Shown here in pieces: positions 39,877 to 45,509 of a stretch of 45,509 nt of DNA. The notes under the pieces were generated by a model, which worked only from the letters and a program-made list of their open reading frames with translations, made no database searches and was not told where the DNA came from. How positions within the stretch are numbered: position 1 is the stretch's first letter; every line of letters begins with the position of its first letter. The stretch is taken from IMG/VR virus record IMGVR_UViG_3300045988_016812, one strand, 5' to 3'. The position numbers and the translations under genes were made by a program. The DNA comes from a virus.

Positions 39877-40185
39877 TCACACCTCCCACAAGAATTTATT
39901 CCACTTCACGATATCATCCCAACGGAAGCTCTCTTCGCATCCAGTCCGCCCAGGATACGGGTTCACCAGTCTTGCGTGAACAAAATGTGGATAAACCGCA
40001 ATCACCTTTGCTTTTCTGTGGACTTCCGTTCTGTTGTTACAAGCTTCTTTCGATCCTCCTTTGAGAGTCCACACCGTCAGCCGATCTCCGCGCTTAACTT
40101 TTTTCTTTGCAGAGGCAATACGTGACATAAAAATCTGTGACTGTGTGTACCTCTGCAACTTTGTTTCATTTGTTCCCAACTGCAT
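39877..40185 (-). CDS. Hypothetical protein, 102 aa
   Basis: GAGGAG RBS 6 nt before ATG 40185. Confidence 0.45.
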   Translation of the reverse strand: MQLGTNETKLQRYTQSQIFMSRIASAKKKVKRGDRLTVWTLKGGSKEACNNRTEVHRKAKVIAVYPHFVHARLVNPYPGRTGCEESFRWDDIVKWNKFLWEV

Positions 40186-40447
40186 TTCTTCTCCTCTGTT
40201 CTTTCCGGAGCCCGTTCATCACGGACTTCCTCACTTCGTCCCATCTCTCGCGGAACTCCTCATCCACAAGATCCTCAAGCTCGCCCTCGACATGGATCAA
40301 GTATCTGCCATCGTGCAGTCTCCCGGCTTTCGCCATGCTCGGAACTCGTCCGACAGGTGCGCCGATCAGATCCGCGACCTGCTGCCGGGTTGCCTTGTGG
40401 CAGATATCTTCTCCGGTCGTGAGGTCCTTCACTCCATACGCAAGCAT
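40166..40447 (-). CDS. Small HTH-like protein, 93 aa, distant paralogue of the next gene upstream
   Basis: GAGGTGG RBS; Y.V.D..TGE...R.QVADLIG...AKAGR...RY.I...GE...W..VR. Confidence 0.5.
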   Translation of the reverse strand: MLAYGVKDLTTGEDICHKATRQQVADLIGAPVGRVPSMAKAGRLHDGRYLIHVEGELEDLVDEEFRERWDEVRKSVMNGLRKEQRRRNAVGNK

Positions 40448-40716
40448 TTGCCCACCTCTTTTCTTTTGGCTGCCAGAATCTGCATTCTGACCTTGTCCCA
40501 TTCTTTTGCCAGTAACTCCTTGCGCGGATGCTCTGCCGTTACCTCTCCGCACGGCATGATAATATATCTCCTCTTGCAACGCTGCCCACGTCCGGCATAC
40601 TGTGAAATATGGTCAAGATCAACATCAATCAGATTACTGACTTCCCGGCACCGAAGCCCTTCTCCGATCATCACGCCGGTTTTTGTATCCAGTACATCAT
40701 AGAGCTTTGCTCTCAT
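40429..40716 (-). CDS. Small HTH-like protein, 95 aa
   Basis: GGGAGGTGG RBS before MRAKLYDVLDTKTG... Confidence 0.5.
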   Translation of the reverse strand: MRAKLYDVLDTKTGVMIGEGLRCREVSNLIDVDLDHISQYAGRGQRCKRRYIIMPCGEVTAEHPRKELLAKEWDKVRMQILAAKRKEVGKCLRME

Positions 40717-41015
40717 TCGTCCCACCTCCCTGTCATCCGCAGCCAGTCGTAGAACTCTGCCACGGTTTTTCTCTGGTATGCGTAGAAATCATCCGATTTT
40801 GCCGGGACCCCGCGTTTACGATCCAGACGATCATATCCAACACCCTCGGTCAGACTCTCGTAGATCAGCAGTTCAAGCCCCGGAGCGTTTGAGATTGCGC
40901 ACTGGAAGAGCCTCAAACGGTCCTCCCGTCCCATCTTCCGGCAGTAATCCCGGACGCGTCTGACATCATCCGGCGGGATCCCATACTCGCTATATCCTCT
41001 GTCTCTCACTCGCAT
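40713..41015 (-). CDS. Hypothetical protein, 100 aa
   Basis: Track ORF, ATGA overlap with next gene. Confidence 0.5.
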   Translation of the reverse strand: MRVRDRGYSEYGIPPDDVRRVRDYCRKMGREDRLRLFQCAISNAPGLELLIYESLTEGVGYDRLDRKRGVPAKSDDFYAYQRKTVAEFYDWLRMTGRWDE

Positions 41016-41030
41016 AACGCTCCTTTCCGC

Positions 41031-41666
41031 CTATGTGCCGCCCCTGCTTGCCATTTCCTGGGCGATCAGAGCATCATAGTCATAATCCCGTTGCTGGAAG
41101 TTGGCAAAGCGATTTCTGGGCTTCTCAGTGCCTTTGGCGGTCGATTCCTGCCGCTGGCTTCTCGCCCAGTTCCTCGCTGCTGCTTTCCAGTCTTTCATCT
41201 TGTTTTTTCCAACGTACCAGTTTTTTGATTCATAAAAATCAACAAAACGATCAGCATCCACGTTCAAGCCCTTTTCCCGGCAATATTCCCTCACATTCTC
41301 CGGGGTGGGTGGCGCGAAGCGCTTTTCTTTAACACTCTTTAGAGTGTTTTCTTTTATATCATTTACATTATCATTTACATTTACATTAGGTTTCGGGTTA
41401 CTGCATTTTGGTTCCATTTTGGTTATTGTTTGGTTATCGTTTGGTTTCCTACCGCCCCTCGTCCCGTTCTCATAGCGCTTGTTGTTCTTGTCAATCTGTG
41501 GTCTTGCCATGATGAGAATCGACTTTGCAACGCCATTGACATCATCGGCTGTTCCGTCCAGCGCATACCGCATGATCGCCGTTACCGCCTGCTTGAAGTC
41601 TTCCGGCGGCAGATCTTCCACCGCCTCAAAGAAGCTGCGATAGAAAACCATACTGTCTCTTGTCAT
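41031..41666 (-). CDS. DUF6291-like phage DNA-binding / replication-associated protein, 211 aa
   Basis: VFYRSFFEAVEDLPPEDFKQAVTAIMRYALDG N-terminus and ...EYCREKGLNVDADRFVDFYESKNWYVGKNKMKDWKAAARNW C-terminal module. Confidence 0.5.
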   Translation of the reverse strand: MTRDSMVFYRSFFEAVEDLPPEDFKQAVTAIMRYALDGTADDVNGVAKSILIMARPQIDKNNKRYENGTRGGRKPNDNQTITKMEPKCSNPKPNVNVNDNVNDIKENTLKSVKEKRFAPPTPENVREYCREKGLNVDADRFVDFYESKNWYVGKNKMKDWKAAARNWARSQRQESTAKGTEKPRNRFANFQQRDYDYDALIAQEMASRGGT

Positions 41667-42040
41667 CGGCTCACCTCCTCAAGCTCTACTGTAATGTAAG
41701 GCTCTTTCTGGGCGATGGAGAAGGTGTCCGTGAACCCACATACCTCTTTCCATCCGTCATTGGCAAGCACTCCGCACTCCACCAGCGCGTCCTGGATCAC
41801 CTTGTGCCCGAATCCGGCGATGTTATCAAGATCGCGCCGCCGGTTCGGCTCGTACCAGTGATAATGGATGATGACAGGGTGCTTGACGCGGACCCCGCGG
41901 AGCTTGTTGCGGATGCAGAACACGACCCAATCCTGCTCCTTCCGTTTCATCCTGCCGCCGCCTTTTGCGTTTCTCCGGCAGGAATCTATGTATTCGTTGA
42001 GCCCTCTCATCCTCCCGGGGATCGTGAAACTGTACTTCAT
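41663..42040 (-). CDS. rusA: RusA-family Holliday junction resolvase
   Basis: MKYSFTIPG...RRDLDNIAGFGHKVIQDALVECGVLANDGW matches the RusA D.DN...K...D.L pattern. Confidence 0.7.
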   Translation of the reverse strand: MKYSFTIPGRMRGLNEYIDSCRRNAKGGGRMKRKEQDWVVFCIRNKLRGVRVKHPVIIHYHWYEPNRRRDLDNIAGFGHKVIQDALVECGVLANDGWKEVCGFTDTFSIAQKEPYITVELEEVSR

Positions 42041-42375
42041 GTGTCCATCTCCATCTGCTGTATTCTGCTTATGAGCTTCTGAGCGCCTCTGCATGACTTC
42101 CGTATGGACTTCGCCCTGCGGTTCTGCCCTGTTACCCATTCAACGGCTTCTGTGACTCCCTGTGCGTCCTCTGTGGCAATGTAGTAGCCACTTCCATCGG
42201 TGGCGGAAAGTATCGGGTCTTCTTCTCTGAGCCGCTCGATGCATTCTCTTATCAGCCGGTCCGGGTATCCTGTCGATTCCACGATCTGCCTGCGGCTGAC
42301 CGCATTCTCTTTTCCTGTGCCCAGCGTATTGTACACGATGAGCATAGCAAGATTCATGTCTACTTTCTCTTTCAT
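42037..42375 (-). CDS. Winged-helix DNA-binding protein, 112 aa
   Basis: AAGGAGG RBS; AVSRRQIVESTGYPDRLIRECIERLREEDPIL. Confidence 0.45.
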   Translation of the reverse strand: MKEKVDMNLAMLIVYNTLGTGKENAVSRRQIVESTGYPDRLIRECIERLREEDPILSATDGSGYYIATEDAQGVTEAVEWVTGQNRRAKSIRKSCRGAQKLISRIQQMEMDT

Positions 42376-42479
42376 TGTTCCTCCTTTCCGCCCCGGATCA
42401 TGCCGGGGCTTGAGGTATGTATTAAAATGGCACTCGATAAGATGCTGTGACATGTAAAGGTGCCATTTGGAGGTTGATA

Positions 42480-42908
42480 TTAGTATTCTTCTTTACACTT
42501 TTCGAACGAAATACTGATTGGCATTGTCCAGGTTTTTTCTGTAGTATCAACGATTTTCTGTACAAATGACGCTGCTATCTTATTCCTAAAATTCGCATTC
42601 TTTAGCTGAGTGCGAACTTCGTTTGCCAATTCGCCTTTATTTTCTGTTACATACTTTGTAATCTCATCTTTAACGCAATCTTTTACGGTCTGTTCCACAA
42701 GCCAATCAAAATACGGTTTTGCATAGTAAGAATTTTTTTTGCACAGTTTTCCATCGCTATCGACATACAAATCTGTCATTTGTTCGATGGCAGTTCTTAC
42801 GATCTGGGCTGGGTCTCCAAGTGCTCTGACAATTCCAGCGTTCACTTCTTCCCGAAGTGCGCTTTTAATCAATTCATCACTGACATTTAAATTCACTAAA
42901 TTTCCCAT
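42480..42908 (-). CDS. Hypothetical protein, 142 aa (AT-richer than neighbours)
   Basis: CGGAGGT RBS. Confidence 0.5.
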   Translation of the reverse strand: MGNLVNLNVSDELIKSALREEVNAGIVRALGDPAQIVRTAIEQMTDLYVDSDGKLCKKNSYYAKPYFDWLVEQTVKDCVKDEITKYVTENKGELANEVRTQLKNANFRNKIAASFVQKIVDTTEKTWTMPISISFEKCKEEY

Positions 42909-42922
42909 TATGTACCTCCGCT

Positions 42923-43219
42923 TTATAGATATGATTCTCCAAATTCTTTGATAAAGTCTGATCTGTTGCCGTGATTCTTCTCGTAATCTCTCTGGCAGCG
43001 CTGTTTCAGATACTTATCAATTTTCAAGTTCTCTTTCGTGCGCTTGAACATCGCCCCATTTGGGTGCAGTGTCGGGTGTAACGGAATCACATATCCGTAC
43101 ACTTCCGATCTGCTGCGATTCGCAGCACCGAATACGTGGTGTCTTTCCACTTCCGGTGATCCCGTAAAGTAGCAGTGATCCATATCGTCGGTAAAGATGC
43201 TCCATAATTTCTTAGCCAT
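42923..43219 (-). CDS. Hypothetical protein with His-rich HNH-like motif, 98 aa
   Basis: EVERHHVFGAANRSRSEVYGYVIPLHPTLH. Confidence 0.4.
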   Translation of the reverse strand: MAKKLWSIFTDDMDHCYFTGSPEVERHHVFGAANRSRSEVYGYVIPLHPTLHPNGAMFKRTKENLKIDKYLKQRCQRDYEKNHGNRSDFIKEFGESYL

Positions 43220-43775
43220 GATGTCCTTTCTCGTATGCGTCCATAAGGCGGTTAAACTCGTCTGGTGCTATTGTTGGTATGCCGCACTGCTTACACTCGT
43301 CTATAAGCCCGCTCAGAAGCTCAGAGAACTCTTTCGTATCATAATCATGCGATCCGCGAAGGAGATAGTATACCCGGTCGCGCTTCCCGTTCCGCTCGAT
43401 TGTCTGCGATGTGGGGCGGATGTGATACTCTTCCGCCTCCAGTGCTTTCTGACAGGCTTCATCGGTGTCGGGAATCCGGAGCGGTACGCACTGCCCTTCG
43501 ATCATCTCAAGCTGTCCGTACCGTCTCAGCATCTCATTATGCATACACGGCTTGCTGACTTTCAGTGCTTCTGCAAGCTCACTAAGGAGCTTCCAGTACA
43601 TGCCATTCGCGTCAAGACTCCGTTTCTTCCGGTACTGTTTCGCGATCACCGTCAGAAGTTTGTCCTTGATCTGGTCGATCCCCGCGATGATGTCCCCGTC
43701 AACCTCGAACGTGAGATTCCATTTCCCACTCACCCAGTCCTTTGCGACTCCCTTAAGCTTTCCGGTGCATTCCAT
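43212..43775 (-). CDS. ninB: NinB/Orf-family recombination mediator
   Basis: YRKKRSLDANGMYWKLLSELA and LRGSHDYDTKEFSELLSGLIDECKQCGI parallel lambda NinB (RNRSLDQNRKLWA..., GQSTSRMRVGEFAELLELIQAFG). Confidence 0.6.
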   Translation of the reverse strand: MECTGKLKGVAKDWVSGKWNLTFEVDGDIIAGIDQIKDKLLTVIAKQYRKKRSLDANGMYWKLLSELAEALKVSKPCMHNEMLRRYGQLEMIEGQCVPLRIPDTDEACQKALEAEEYHIRPTSQTIERNGKRDRVYYLLRGSHDYDTKEFSELLSGLIDECKQCGIPTIAPDEFNRLMDAYEKGHHG

Positions 43776-43786
43776 GCGTCATCACC

Positions 43787-44452
43787 TCAATTCCACGGCA
43801 GGCCCTCATCAGCCTTATCCGGTACTTCCGGTACAGGCTTGTCCGGCTTGCCCTTGAGGATATCCATAGCCTTTTTCCAATCATCAAATGTCAGATCATG
43901 CACATCCGCGACTTTATAGGTCTGCAAGATTCCTTTCAGCCCTATGCCGGTTCGCTGAAGCTCGGCGAACAGCGTGTTTACATATTTGGCTTCCAGTGTT
44001 GGTTTTGCTGGTTTGCTTGGCGGCGGTGTCTCTGCATCCGGGTCTTTCATTTCCTCTGTCGGGATGCAGAACGTCTGAAAGCAGGCATACTTAAATGCTG
44101 AGCTCATCGCCTTGTTTGTTGCCTTGTCTCCGCTGTCCATTCCTTCTCCCGGCACTATCGCGTAAATGGATGAGCCGTCTTCCGCGTAAAAGGTATATTT
44201 GACGGAGAGAACGGAATGGATAAGATTTTTGTTATTTGCTGTCTGACGTTCTTCCCGCTTTTGGCTGACTACTTCCGGCACCATAAAAAGCTTATGCTTG
44301 ATAAATGCCGGGTTGAGTGCGTTCATAACATCATCAACACCGCGGTACATGTACTTCTGCTGTTCGTTTCTGCTGTTCTTCCCAACCGCTCCAATCTCTT
44401 CCATCACGGCGTTGATCGTCTCGAAAATGTTTTTCTTCTTCTCTTCCATCAC
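43787..44452 (-). CDS. erf: ERF-family single-strand annealing protein
   Basis: QQKYMYRGVDDVMNALNPAFIKHKLF ... GMDSGDKATNKAMSSAFKYACFQTFCIP. Confidence 0.75.
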   Translation of the reverse strand: MMEEKKKNIFETINAVMEEIGAVGKNSRNEQQKYMYRGVDDVMNALNPAFIKHKLFMVPEVVSQKREERQTANNKNLIHSVLSVKYTFYAEDGSSIYAIVPGEGMDSGDKATNKAMSSAFKYACFQTFCIPTEEMKDPDAETPPPSKPAKPTLEAKYVNTLFAELQRTGIGLKGILQTYKVADVHDLTFDDWKKAMDILKGKPDKPVPEVPDKADEGLPWN

Positions 44453-44682
44453 GCCACCTCGATCGAATCTCCCTTACTCAGGGCAACATCTTTGTAGATC
44501 ACGGTTCCGCTCGGCAACTGGAACGCATTCCCATCATCCACAAATGCAGTAAGCCACTTTCCACTATCTACGATTTTGACGATTTTCCCATTGAGCGTGT
44601 TCCACTCAAGCCCGCCATATCCCTTGACGATAATTTCATCCCCGATCTTAAGATCGGCCACTTTCTTCAGCATTCCTTTCAC
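44449..44682 (-). CDS. Hypothetical small beta-rich protein (~74-77 aa)
   Basis: Track ORF; start GTG 44682 or ATG 44673. Confidence 0.5.
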   Translation of the reverse strand: MKGMLKKVADLKIGDEIIVKGYGGLEWNTLNGKIVKIVDSGKWLTAFVDDGNAFQLPSGTVIYKDVALSKGDSIEVA

Positions 44683-44794
44683 TCTCCCTTTCTTTTCTGT
44701 GGCTGATCCGGAGCTTCATATCCTTCCGGCACTTCTCGCAGAGGAGACCGCCGTCCTCCAGATATGCACCGCAGATATCACACCTGTCCAACAC
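44648..44794 (-). CDS. Possible 48-aa zinc-ribbon ORF (..CDICGAYLEDGGLLCEKC..)
   Basis: GTG start 10 nt after AAGGAG; overlaps next gene by 35 nt. Confidence 0.3.
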   Translation of the reverse strand: MLDRCDICGAYLEDGGLLCEKCRKDMKLRISHRKERESERNAEESGRS

Positions 44795-45107
44795 TTTTCA
44801 ACAACTCCTTTTCTTCTTTCACGTCCTTAATCAATGGTTCTAATCCTCTGTACTCTATTTTGTCTGTTCTCCCACTGTAACATTTGCAACTTGCTTCATA
44901 TCCACTATGCGGATCCCATCCGCGCTCGTGGATTGTAACTTCCACCAATGGAATGTGTCCGCAAAACTCGAAGAACGCAGTTGGCTTGATTCCAGTCACT
45001 TCCCGGGCCCGCTCGCCTGTGGTATTGATCTCCAGCACCATTTCCAGAATCTCGTGCACCTTCTTGCGGCGCATCTTCTCAACCTTCTTTTCCAGTCTCT
45101 TCTTCAT
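44778..45107 (-). CDS. Hypothetical protein, 109 aa
   Basis: AAGGAGG RBS. Confidence 0.5.
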   Translation of the reverse strand: MKKRLEKKVEKMRRKKVHEILEMVLEINTTGERAREVTGIKPTAFFEFCGHIPLVEVTIHERGWDPHSGYEASCKCYSGRTDKIEYRGLEPLIKDVKEEKELLKSVGQV

Positions 45108-45509
45108 CGGAATCCTCCTTGCTTAAATCAATCTGAATTTTTGCCAGTGCAATCGCGGCTTTATACGCCTGTGCGTGCTTATTGTCACCGTGCGTCCTTT
45201 CCACAGCCTCAAGAAACTCATCTATATTCCCTCTAAAGCATCCACATTTCACTCCGATAGTAAGATGTATCGTCCGGAAAAATGTTGTGAAATCATCACG
45301 ACTACCCAGCGGACCAACAACCAAATAATGAGACATCTTAAACACCCGCGCATTGCCGTACACCCGCGCATTGCCGTACACCCACGCATTGCCGGACACC
45401 CACGCATCGCCGTACACCCGCGCATTGCCGGACACCCGCGCATTGCCGTACACCCGCGCATTGCCGTACACCCGCGCATTGCCGTACACCCGCGCATTGC
45501 CGTACACCC
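45079..45509 (-). CDS. Hexapeptide-repeat protein, C-terminal part (continuation of 250..1)
   Basis: No stop between 45509 and 45079; 9 repeat units then FKMSHYLVVGPLGSRDDFTTFFRT...; phase continuous with 1..250. Confidence 0.7.
   Translation of the reverse strand, partial: VYGNARVYGNARVYGNARVYGNARVSGNARVYGDAWVSGNAWVYGNARVYGNARVFKMSHYLVVGPLGSRDDFTTFFRTIHLTIGVKCGCFRGNIDEFLEAVERTHGDNKHAQAYKAAIALAKIQIDLSKEDSDEEETGKEG
45342..45509. repeat. 18-bp tandem repeat, 9 units plus 6 nt, coding
   Basis: Direct reading; last four units identical. Confidence 0.95.

Overview
The 45.5-kb window reads as one complete temperate siphovirus-type phage genome from a Gram-positive, Clostridia-like host. That host call rests on strong AGGAGG-type ribosome-binding sites (RBS), an M15 endolysin with cell-wall-binding repeats, and an A118/SPP1-like head module.

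The window is opened inside a gene. Both ends lie in the same minus-strand ORF, which is built from 18-bp tandem repeats, and the first and last 42 nt are identical. The molecule is therefore circular or terminally redundant, and no host flank is present.

Layout:
- Plus-strand lysogeny module: CI-like repressor 2169-2522, a membrane-anchored Mrr-type nuclease-domain protein 2797-3936, tyrosine integrase 4145-5224, and an attP that carries a tRNA 3' fragment at 5258-5282.
- Almost everything else is on the minus strand.
- Early genes start at a Cro-like gene (1656-1459), wrap through the window ends, and continue from 45509 down to about 34700. They include ERF, NinB, RusA, YopX, a frameshifted PAPS-reductase-like gene, a second tyrosine recombinase and many zinc-ribbon micro-proteins.
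- Packaging and head genes run from 32434 to 20777: a fused TerS-TerL, portal, Mu F-like protein, scaffold and major capsid.
- Neck, tail and tail-tip genes run from 19100 to 9369.
- The lysis region runs from 9099 to 5434.

Regions most worth follow-up:
1. A 3.9-kb accessory island inserted between the Mu F-like gene and the scaffold gene. It holds a sigma-region-4-like regulator, internal terminators, a ferritin-fold protein with a degenerate metal site, a possible TNF/BclA-C-like jelly-roll protein, and a membrane protein with CCC triplets. It ends in a promoter-like motif, a roughly 340-nt hairpin-dense non-coding leader with a tRNA-like minihelix, and a tRNA-Met(CAU).
2. Two 77%-identical paralogues of a tandem DUF2829 (Tad2-like) protein that bracket an FN3 protein and the holin.
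3. A conserved ~70-nt leader with a compensatory base-pair change upstream of both the major capsid and major tail genes.
4. A plus-strand operon under a consensus promoter overlapped by a perfect 19-bp inverted repeat. It encodes an HTH protein fused to a degenerate LAGLIDADG-like domain.
5. A four-gene insertion (DUF4417-like and others) in the head-tail connector module.

All functional calls come from reading the translations and from motif memory. No database search was run.
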